Assembly: GCA_001509095.1 (NCBI GenBank)
Contig: LGGV01000001.1
Location: 3,800 to 67,799, forward strand
Source of the DNA: Synergistales bacterium 58_81
Lineage (GTDB): Bacteria > Synergistota > Synergistia > Synergistales > Thermovirgaceae
DNA: 64,000 nucleotides
Direction: 5' to 3'
Both the position numbers and the translations under genes were made by a program. Below are positions 55,434-62,847 of the stretch, in pieces; the stretch's first letter is position 1; the number at the start of each line of letters is the position of its first letter. The notes beneath the pieces were generated by a model. The model made no database searches. It saw only the letters and a program-made list of their open reading frames with translations, and was not told where the DNA came from.

Positions 55434-57095
55434 ATGCTGTCTGAACTGATGGTGACCAATGTAGGCGGGGTTAGAGAGGCCTCCCTCCACTTCAGGGGAA
55501 GGTTCATCGCAATAACAGGAGAGAGCGGGGCAGGAAAGAGCAGCCTGGTCAGGGCACTGGAACTGGTAAGCGGGAAGAGGGCGCAGTCATCGATCATCAG
55601 GGCCGGTGTAGAGGAGGCCGAGGTCAGGGCAGCCCTGGAGATGGATGCCCCCGTTTCTTCCCTCCCCGAAGAATTCCAGCCCCAGGAGGGCTTTATCCTT
55701 GTAAAGAGAGTGGTCTCATCGACAGGGAGGGCCAAGAGCTACCTGCAGGAAAAACCTGTACCCCTCAACACACTGGCGGGAGCTCTCTCCAAGGTGGTGG
55801 CGATCCAGAGCCAGTTCGCCCAACTTGAGCTTCTTGAGCCGGAACAACAGGTCGAACTGCTCGATAACAGCGGCGGGGAGGTACTCAGGGAGATCAGATC
55901 GAACCTGTCCCAGGCTGTTTCCTCTGCCCTTGAGAACGAAAGGAAGCTCCTGGAGGTGTCCAGAAAGAGAAGGGAGATAGAATCAAGATACCAGGACGGA
56001 GAATCCTTTCTTGAAAAGTACAGGAGGATGGAGATCCGACCGGGGTGCGAATCTGATTGGGAGACCGATCTTAACCGTGTCTCTGATCTCCTGAAAAGAC
56101 AGGCCAGATTAAGGCTTCTTCATGACAGATTGACAGGTGGAAGCTCCGGAGAGGGGCTTTCCGCCGCGATCGAACAGTTCGGCCAGGATATCCGGCAGAG
56201 CATGGACGGAGCCCCGGAACTTGAAATGAACATCGAGAGGCTTTTAACCGCTTCACAGGAGATCGAGAAGGCCCTGAAAGCTGTCGTCTCCATCGAGAGA
56301 GAACAGTCCCTCCAGGATGAATTCGATAATATCGAGAAGAAGATCGGGACCCTCAGAAAACTCATGAGGTACGCAAAGGTCGACAATGCTGAAGATCTCG
56401 TTGATTTTGCTGACCGACTGAAATTTGATCTTCAGTGGCTCAGAGAGAGCCGTGAGAAACTTGCCATGATACAGGAGAGATCTGCCTGCCTCAAGAAGGA
56501 GGTATCAAACCTGGCCCTTTCCCTCAGAGAGGCCCGAAAGAATGCCGCCAGGAGGCTCGAGAAGTCCGTCAATGCATCCCTCAGCAGCCTTGCAATGGAA
56601 GGGCTCCGCTTTGGGATATCATTACAGCCCTTGGAAAAGGTCCGCCAGAGTGGAGCCGACGACATCTCATTCCTTCTTTCCGACGGCAAGCACCTCCAGG
56701 GTCCTGTCTCCAGGATTGCTTCGGGGGGCGAGCTCAGCCGGATCCTTCTGGCCCTCCAGATAGCAGCCTCGGACGACATGCTCCCACGGACTCTGGTCTT
56801 CGACGAGGTAGAGGCCGGTCTTGGAGGCCGTTCGGCTTTCCTTGCGGGTCAGGCACTGAGGGACCTTTCCAGAAGGTGCCAGGTGATCCTTATAACCCAT
56901 GAAGCGTCTATCGCCTCCCTTGCCGATCAGCACTTCCGGGTCGAAAGGGAGGGTGACATTAGCCGGGTCCTTGAGGTCGACGGAGAACAGCGTGTAAGAG
57001 AGCTCGCAAGGATGCTGGCGGGCGATCCCGATGACCCGGAGGCAACAGGTCTTGCCAGATCGCTGCTTGAAGGGAAACGGAGAGAGACCGATTGA
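55434..57095 (+). CDS. recN: DNA repair protein RecN
   Basis: Motifs ITGESGAGKSSLV, a long coiled coil, SGGELSRILLAL and VFDEVEAGLGG. ATG 55434. The 55317 start is read-through. Confidence 0.95.
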   Translation: MLSELMVTNVGGVREASLHFRGRFIAITGESGAGKSSLVRALELVSGKRAQSSIIRAGVEEAEVRAALEMDAPVSSLPEEFQPQEGFILVKRVVSSTGRAKSYLQEKPVPLNTLAGALSKVVAIQSQFAQLELLEPEQQVELLDNSGGEVLREIRSNLSQAVSSALENERKLLEVSRKRREIESRYQDGESFLEKYRRMEIRPGCESDWETDLNRVSDLLKRQARLRLLHDRLTGGSSGEGLSAAIEQFGQDIRQSMDGAPELEMNIERLLTASQEIEKALKAVVSIEREQSLQDEFDNIEKKIGTLRKLMRYAKVDNAEDLVDFADRLKFDLQWLRESREKLAMIQERSACLKKEVSNLALSLREARKNAARRLEKSVNASLSSLAMEGLRFGISLQPLEKVRQSGADDISFLLSDGKHLQGPVSRIASGGELSRILLALQIAASDDMLPRTLVFDEVEAGLGGRSAFLAGQALRDLSRRCQVILITHEASIASLADQHFRVEREGDISRVLEVDGEQRVRELARMLAGDPDDPEATGLARSLLEGKRRETD

Positions 57096-57122
57096 CCGAT
57101 CAAGGGATTTTTATGCTATAAT
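57092..57122 (+). promoter_or_regulatory. Putative promoter of the rplU-prp-rpmA operon
   Basis: TTGACC (57092-57097, overlapping the recN stop), a 19-nt spacer, then the extended -10 TGcTATAAT (hexamer 57117-57122). The spacer is longer than optimal. Confidence 0.45.
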
Positions 57123-57124
57123 CA

Positions 57125-57153
57125 CCCTTCGGTCGACCAGGTCGACCGAAGGG
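57125..57153 (+). promoter_or_regulatory. Perfect 13-bp hairpin at the 5' end of the rplU leader (possible L21-leader-type regulatory structure)
   Basis: CCCTTCGGTCGAC (57125-57137), CAG, then GTCGACCGAAGGG (57141-57153). It lies inside a 140-nt untranslated leader that ends at AGGAGGGAG-ATG 57262. Confidence 0.4.
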
Positions 57154-57261
57154 GGATCCGGCGGAAGCTTCCGGCCGCTCCCTTTTGATCTTCGCTCGGG
57201 ACGGGTAACAGCAAGAGCCCTTGGGCCACCTGGATCGCCGGCGTTAGGAGGGAGATTTTCG

Positions 57262-57588
57262 ATGTACGCAGTTATTGAAACAGGGGGGAAGCAGTACAGG
57301 GTTTCCCAGGGAGACACGATCAGGGTCGAGAAGGTCAGTGCCGCAGAAGGTGAAGAGGTAGAATTCTCCAAGGTCCTCCTCGTGGCCACCGACAGCGGGG
57401 TCTCTCTTGGCGAACCGACAGTTGCGGGAGCTCTTGTCAAGGGCCGCGTGCTGGAACAGGGAAGAGCGAGAAAGATCACCGTCTTCAAGTACAAGAACAA
57501 GTCCAGGCAATCAAGAAGGACAATCGGACACAGGCAGCCCTTTTCCTCTGTCAGGATCGATTCGATCATCTACCAGGACGGAAGATGA
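57262..57588 (+). CDS. rplU: 50S ribosomal protein L21
   Basis: MYAVIETGGKQYRVSQGDTIRVEKV... 108 aa, with a strong RBS. Confidence 0.95.
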   Translation: MYAVIETGGKQYRVSQGDTIRVEKVSAAEGEEVEFSKVLLVATDSGVSLGEPTVAGALVKGRVLEQGRARKITVFKYKNKSRQSRRTIGHRQPFSSVRIDSIIYQDGR

Positions 57589-57923
57589 CCGAGATAAGGT
57601 CCTTCCGAAGGAAGGGGAACATCTGCGGGCTTAATGTATCAGGTCATACGGGGTACGCCGAACACGGCGCCGACATCGTCTGCGCTGCCATATCAACCCT
57701 GGTCCAGACCCTCGAAACAGGGCTTACGGAGATCATCAGGATAGAGAGAGTCAAGTCAAGAATTGACGAGGACCGGGGATCCATGAGCCTCTTCTGGGAT
57801 GGACCGGATGACTTGAGGGTCAGAACCCTGGTCGACACGGTAATAGAGGTTCTAAAATCCGTCGAAAAGAGTTATTCTTCTTACGTTAAGTTCATGGAGG
57901 TGGAAGTCGATGAGAACGATTAA
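57585..57923 (+). CDS. prp: Ribosomal-processing cysteine protease Prp (YsxB/DUF464)
   Basis: [25 protein letters not shown] (His/Cys dyad context). Located between rplU and rpmA, with an ATGA overlap with rplU. Confidence 0.85.
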   Translation: MTEIRSFRRKGNICGLNVSGHTGYAEHGADIVCAAISTLVQTLETGLTEIIRIERVKSRIDEDRGSMSLFWDGPDDLRVRTLVDTVIEVLKSVEKSYSSYVKFMEVEVDEND

Positions 57924-58191
57924 TCTTCAACTGTTCGCTCATAAAAAAGGACAGGGCAGCAGCACCAACGGAAGGGACAGCGTCAGCAAAAGGCTTGGAG
58001 TAAAGAGAAATGACGGGCAGGTAGTCACCGCCGGGAGCATTATCGTCCGCCAGAGGGGAACGAAATACCACCCGGGGGTAAATGTTGGAAGAGGGAAGGA
58101 CGACACCCTTTTCGCCCTTTCAGAGGGCACTGTGCGCTTCCATACCAGGGCGGGGAGAAAGTACGTAGCCATAGAACCAGTGACCGCCTGA
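57910..58191 (+). CDS. rpmA: 50S ribosomal protein L27 (with N-terminal propeptide)
   Basis: [33 protein letters not shown]...[10 protein letters not shown]. The 9-residue extension before AHKKG is the Prp cleavage-type propeptide. Confidence 0.95.
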   Translation: MRTINLQLFAHKKGQGSSTNGRDSVSKRLGVKRNDGQVVTAGSIIVRQRGTKYHPGVNVGRGKDDTLFALSEGTVRFHTRAGRKYVAIEPVTA

Positions 58192-58267
58192 TGCTTCTGT
58201 CCGATAGGAACGCTGCAGGGCCTGAGTTGATCTTGGGCCCTTTTCCCATATCTGAGGGGTGCAGATA

Positions 58268-59608
58268 TTGAGATTCCTTGATTCAGCAGAGATCTCTGTC
58301 AGGGCAGGCAAGGGAGGAAATGGTGCCCTGAGCTTCCGGAGAGAGAAGTACGTTCCAAGGGGAGGACCTGACGGGGGTGATGGAGGGCGTGGAGGACACG
58401 TCCTGATCGTGGCCGATGATCATATCCAGACCCTTGCCGACTACGAATACAGAAGACGTTTCATTGCCGGGAACGGGGGCAACGGAAGGGGAAGGAACCA
58501 GACCGGCCCTTCCGGGGAGGATGTGTTCGTGAAGGTCCCCTGTGGCACCATCGTGAACGAAAAAGGGACAGGCCGGTTTTTGGCCGACCTTACCGTCGCA
58601 GGTGATACCCTTCTTGCCGCAAGGGGCGGGAGAGGAGGCAGGGGAAACGCCAGGTTTACCTCATCCAGGAGAAGAAGCCCCCGTTTCTCGGAAATGGGGG
58701 GGGAGGGAGAGGCCAGGGACCTGGTCCTGGACCTGAAGGTGCTGGCCGACGTGGGACTCGTCGGCCTCCCGAACACCGGGAAATCGACGCTCCTTTCGGC
58801 AATTTCAGGCTCAAGGCCCCAGATAGCCCCTTACCCCTTCACAACTCTCTCTCCCAACCTGGGAATGATGGACTTCGACAACCGGAGAATGATAGTGGCA
58901 GATGTTCCTGGACTGATCGAGGGGGCTCATTTGAACAGGGGGCTGGGACATGCCTTCCTGAAGCATGTGGAGAGGACCCGACTCCTTGTCTATGTCATCG
59001 ATCTTTCGGAGGATGCTCCTTCCTCCCCGGTCGATCAGTGGAATACACTCAGATCGGAGTTCCAGGCCTTCAACCCGGAACTTCTGGACCTTCCCTACGT
59101 CGTCGCAGGCAACAAGACAGATCTCCCTTACCGGACCACTGAGACCCGAGAACTCCAGAGAGTGTTGAAGGCAGCAGGAGTGCCACTTTTCCTTATAAGT
59201 GCACTATCCCGGCTTGGAGTCGACGAATTGAGGGATCACATAGCATCGAGGATATCTGAACAGTCCGTCCCAAGAAGGGAGAGCCTCTTCATTGAGATAG
59301 ACGACGAGGAGGACAGGACCGGACATAGGGCTGAGAAGCCACGAATTGAGACATTTCTTGAAAAGGGCGGGAGCATCTTTATTGTCAGGCATCACGAGGT
59401 CGAAAGGCTTGTCCGGAAATTCAACTTTGACCAGGAAGAAGCCCTGGGAAGGTTTTCCGCCATTCTTAGATATTACCGTGTGGAAGACCTGCTCCTTGAG
59501 AGCGGGGCCCGTGAAGGTGATACTGTAAGGATAGGGGAGACCGAATTCGAGTTCTATCCTGAGGTTTCATCTACGATGAAAGACAGAACGAGAGATGAAG
59601 GGCGGTGA
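58268..59608 (+). CDS. obg: GTPase Obg/CgtA (with C-terminal Obg_CT domain)
   Basis: (M)RFLDSAEISVRAGKGGNGALSFRREKY, GLPNTGKSTLL and GNKTD. The C-terminal part is FIVRHHEVERLVRKFNF...VRIGETEFEF. TTG 58268 lies 8 nt after GAGGGG. GTG 58259 is an alternative start. Confidence 0.95.
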   Translation: MRFLDSAEISVRAGKGGNGALSFRREKYVPRGGPDGGDGGRGGHVLIVADDHIQTLADYEYRRRFIAGNGGNGRGRNQTGPSGEDVFVKVPCGTIVNEKGTGRFLADLTVAGDTLLAARGGRGGRGNARFTSSRRRSPRFSEMGGEGEARDLVLDLKVLADVGLVGLPNTGKSTLLSAISGSRPQIAPYPFTTLSPNLGMMDFDNRRMIVADVPGLIEGAHLNRGLGHAFLKHVERTRLLVYVIDLSEDAPSSPVDQWNTLRSEFQAFNPELLDLPYVVAGNKTDLPYRTTETRELQRVLKAAGVPLFLISALSRLGVDELRDHIASRISEQSVPRRESLFIEIDDEEDRTGHRAEKPRIETFLEKGGSIFIVRHHEVERLVRKFNFDQEEALGRFSAILRYYRVEDLLLESGAREGDTVRIGETEFEFYPEVSSTMKDRTRDEGR

Positions 59609-60252
59609 CGGGAATGCCCCTGAGGTCCTCTGAGGGTCTCCGCAAGCGCAAGATAGGGGTCATGGGGGGTACTTTCGACCCCATTCACTTCGGACACCTT
59701 GTTGCCGGCGAGGAGGCCTGTTTTTCCCTGGGCCTGACAGAGGTGGTCTTCGTGCCGACGGGAGACCCCTTCCACAAGGCCGGGAGGACCATATCTTCAG
59801 CTGAACACCGTTACACCATGACCATGCTTGCCACCCTTGACAACCCTCACTTCCGTATCTCCAGGGTCGAGATCGACAGGGAAACGCCAAGCCACACCGT
59901 GGACACCCTGAGGGAGATGCGGCACTGGTACCCTGCGGGGAGCGTTGAGTTCTATTTCATAACAGGCCTTGATGCAGTACTTGATATCATGGCATGGAAG
60001 GAACCCCTTGAGATACCGGAACTCTGCAAGATCGTGGCTGTCAGCCGGCCCGGCTTCAATCCCAAGGGGCTCGATGATCTAGCGGAGATCATCAGGGAGA
60101 ACCTTATCCACCTTGAGATACCCCTACTTGCGATATCGAGCACCGAGATAAGGCAGAGGGTCTCGAACGGGCAGAGCATAAGGTATCTCGCCCCGTGGCT
60201 GGTAGAGCAGTACATTTACAAGAACGCCATGTATTTCAGGAACGGATGGTGA
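59605..60252 (+). CDS. nadD: Nicotinate-nucleotide adenylyltransferase
   Basis: Motifs IGVMGGTFDPIHFGHL and ISSTEIR. The GTG start overlaps the obg TGA (GTGA). ATG 59614 is an alternative. Confidence 0.9.
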   Translation: MTGMPLRSSEGLRKRKIGVMGGTFDPIHFGHLVAGEEACFSLGLTEVVFVPTGDPFHKAGRTISSAEHRYTMTMLATLDNPHFRISRVEIDRETPSHTVDTLREMRHWYPAGSVEFYFITGLDAVLDIMAWKEPLEIPELCKIVAVSRPGFNPKGLDDLAEIIRENLIHLEIPLLAISSTEIRQRVSNGQSIRYLAPWLVEQYIYKNAMYFRNGW

Positions 60253-60259
60253 AAGATAC

Positions 60260-61543
60260 GTGTCCAGGAAGAGTATGATCCTTCTGGTCCTCGCCGCGAT
60301 ACTGTCCCTTACAGCAGGGATCGGTCTTAAGGCCTATTTTTTCTTCAACCCTGAGCCCCAGACCATCAGGGAGAGGATCGAGCACGACGAGGAGACGGGG
60401 AGGATCAACCTTCTTCTTGTGGGGCTGGACGAAGTCCCCGGAGAAGATATCAACCGTTCTGATTCAATTGCCTTCGTATCGATCGATATAGACGACAAGG
60501 TCGTTCGAATGCTCTCAATTCCCAGGGATACAAGGGTACAGATACCGGATCGAGGGTGGCAGAAGCTGAACCACGCCTATGCCTATGGGGGAGTGGACCT
60601 TCTCAAGACGACCCTTGTAAATTACCTTGGCGTCCCCATTCCCTACCATATCATTGTCAACCTGGACAGCTTTCCGGAACTTGTGGACCTTATCGGCGGG
60701 GTCACCATCAACGTCCCCAAGAGACTCCGGTATACCGACAAGGCGGGCGGTGTCCACATTGATATTCCAGCCGGTGAGCAGCACATGGACGGGAAGACCG
60801 CCTTGGGCTATGTGAGATTCCGTCATGACGCCCTGGGAGATATCGGAAGGGTCGAAAGACAACAGGTCTTCATGATGGCTGTCTTCCGGAAGATGAAGGA
60901 CCCTGCGATGATAACCAGGATCCCTGAGCTGATCCGCCAATCGATGCGTCTGGTCAAGACCAACTTGACTCTCTCACAAGCGGTCCAGCTAGCTTCATAC
61001 CTCAAGGACCTGGACCCTTCCAGGGCCATTTTCCGCACCTTACCGGGTAAATCGGCCTATATTTCGGGTACCAGCTACTGGCTGGGCGAACTGAGCTCCA
61101 TCTCGGAGATCCTTTCGGAAAAACCCCTGGAGACCGTTGAAACGGAAGAGGTTGGGGAGCAAGCCGAACGAGAGGCCGACACTTCCGCGGAGGTAGACCT
61201 GAAGGAGTTGGTGGCTTCCATCAAGGTCCCCCTGTCGATTCTCAACGGTTCAGGAGCTTCCGGAATGGGTAAAGAATCGGCCACCAGGCTCCAGTCAATA
61301 GGTATCGATGTCGTCCATATCGGGAACGCAAAACACTACGATTACAAATTCACAAACATCCTTTATCCGCCAGGAGAAGAGACGGAAAAGGCCGCCAGGT
61401 CACTAGGCCGGTTGGCCGGGATCCCTGAGAACCTTGTCCGGAGCGATACTTCGATACGCCATGTTACAATGATAATGGGTCATGACTACGTAAACGTTCT
61501 AAAAAGAATAGAACTTGCAAGGAACCATAATTATTCAAATTAA
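60260..61543 (+). CDS. LytR-CpsA-Psr (LCP) family protein with C-terminal LytR_C-like domain
   Basis: N-terminal TM segment, then NRSDSIAFVSIDIDDKVVRMLSIPRDT, KLNHAYAYGG and RFRHDALGDIGRVERQQ. The C-terminal part has SILNGSGASGMG. Confidence 0.85.
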   Translation: MSRKSMILLVLAAILSLTAGIGLKAYFFFNPEPQTIRERIEHDEETGRINLLLVGLDEVPGEDINRSDSIAFVSIDIDDKVVRMLSIPRDTRVQIPDRGWQKLNHAYAYGGVDLLKTTLVNYLGVPIPYHIIVNLDSFPELVDLIGGVTINVPKRLRYTDKAGGVHIDIPAGEQHMDGKTALGYVRFRHDALGDIGRVERQQVFMMAVFRKMKDPAMITRIPELIRQSMRLVKTNLTLSQAVQLASYLKDLDPSRAIFRTLPGKSAYISGTSYWLGELSSISEILSEKPLETVETEEVGEQAEREADTSAEVDLKELVASIKVPLSILNGSGASGMGKESATRLQSIGIDVVHIGNAKHYDYKFTNILYPPGEETEKAARSLGRLAGIPENLVRSDTSIRHVTMIMGHDYVNVLKRIELARNHNYSN

Positions 61544-61560
61544 TATAGTAGAGAGGAGTT

Positions 61561-61908
61561 GTGCCTTTGCCTGGGGACGAAAGCCTGAATCCAGTTATCA
61601 AAGCCCTGCAGGACAAGCTTGCCGAGGAGATCACCCTTATCGACCTTTCAAAAGAATCATCCTTTGCCGATACCTTTATTCTGGCGACAGGTAATTCGGA
61701 GGTTCACATGAGAACTCTCCTTGATAACGTTTCCGAGACCCTGGACCGGATAGGTTCGAATTACAGGATCGAGGGGGAGAACAGTCCCAAATGGATCCTC
61801 CTTGATGCCGGGAACATGGTTATCAACATCTTCAGCCGTGAGGGAAGGAACTTTTACAGACTCGAGAGTATATGGGCAAATGCTGAAACGACCCGTTTGG
61901 ATGACTGA
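61561..61908 (+). CDS. rsfS: Ribosome silencing factor RsfS (Iojap family)
   Basis: Contains FADTFILATGNSEVHMRTL and WILLDAGNMVINIF. 115 aa. Confidence 0.9.
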   Translation: MPLPGDESLNPVIKALQDKLAEEITLIDLSKESSFADTFILATGNSEVHMRTLLDNVSETLDRIGSNYRIEGENSPKWILLDAGNMVINIFSREGRNFYRLESIWANAETTRLDD

Positions 61909-61972
61909 GTTAAGGTTCCGAACGCAGAGGTTTCTTTGAGACCCGCCCGAAGCATTGCTTTAAGAAACAGAT

Positions 61973-61993
61973 AAGGCCCCTTGAAGGGGCCTT
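61973..61993. terminator. Hairpin between convergent rsfS and tpiA (likely tpiA terminator, possibly bidirectional)
   Basis: AAGGCCCC (61973-61980), TTGAA, then GGGGCCTT (61986-61993). On the minus strand it is followed by the T-rich ATCTGTTTCTT. On the plus strand it is followed by TAAATGC, a poor U-tract. Confidence 0.55.
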
Positions 61994-62064
61994 TAAATGC
62001 AAAAAAGATGTCTTATAATATATCTTATGTTGCGTTATGTCTTATACCCGACCCTTCGGATCCT

Positions 62065-62847
62065 TCAGAAAGCGTCGCAAACTATTCTATAGAATTCATC
62101 GGGGTCGAGGGATGCACCACCGATCAGAAGGCCGTCTATCTCCTCCTGTTCAAGGTAATCCTCCGAGTTGGAGCTTTTGACGCTGCCTCCGTAGGAGATC
62201 AGGGAACGGTCCGCCAGGGAGGGCCCTCCCAGTCCTGACAACAGCTCTCTGATAAAGGCACAGCACTCACCGGCGTCCCGGGGTGTCGCGTTCAGTCCAG
62301 TTCCTATGGCCCAGACCGGTTCATAGGCGATAAGGATCCTTTCCTGTTCCGCCATGATCCCAGGGTCATGAGAAAAGACCGCACTGACCTGTCTTTCGAT
62401 CACATCTTCGGTGAGTCCCCGGTTTCTCTCTTCTTCGGTTTCGCCGACACATAACAACGGCTCCACGCCTTGCTCGAGGCAGGCCAAATACTTGCTTGAG
62501 ACCCAAAGGTCATCTTCCCTGAAGATATGTCGTCTCTCGCTGTGGCCGACCAGGGCAAGCTTCGCCCCCGCCTCGATGGCGCAGGGGATCGAATTCTCGC
62601 CGGTGAAGGCACCCGAGGGCTTCCAATGAACGTTTTGTATGCCAAGTAAAATATTAACACCCCTGGACCTTATGTGATCCGCCATGGGAACTATATTGAC
62701 CGCCTGGGGGAAAATCGCCACACTGACAGCATCTGGAATATCTTCCCCCTGTTCCAGCAAAACCGAAAATTTGTCGAGGAATTCCAGCGACTCCGAGACA
62801 CCCTTGTTCATCTTCCAGTTCCCGGCGATGAATCTCTCTCTCCTCAC
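62065..62847 (-). CDS. tpiA: Triosephosphate isomerase
   Basis: Motifs FIAGNWKMN, LVGHSERR, YEPVWAIGTG and ISYGGSV. The GTG 62847 start overlaps the pgk TGA (GTGA). ATG 62880 is an alternative 11 codons upstream. Confidence 0.9.
   Translation of the reverse strand: MRRERFIAGNWKMNKGVSESLEFLDKFSVLLEQGEDIPDAVSVAIFPQAVNIVPMADHIRSRGVNILLGIQNVHWKPSGAFTGENSIPCAIEAGAKLALVGHSERRHIFREDDLWVSSKYLACLEQGVEPLLCVGETEEERNRGLTEDVIERQVSAVFSHDPGIMAEQERILIAYEPVWAIGTGLNATPRDAGECCAFIRELLSGLGGPSLADRSLISYGGSVKSSNSEDYLEQEEIDGLLIGGASLDPDEFYRIVCDAF

Noticed and set aside
58217-58244. A hairpin between rpmA and obg (AGGGCC ... GGCCCT followed by TTT), considered as a terminator or attenuator.
   Set aside because: It has only a 6-bp stem, a 13-nt loop and a 3-T tail. 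That is too weak to call from sequence alone.
61981-62238. An 85-aa + strand ORF starting in the rsfS-tpiA gap.
   Set aside because: Most of it is antisense to the conserved tpiA 3' end. It has no RBS and no recognisable motif.
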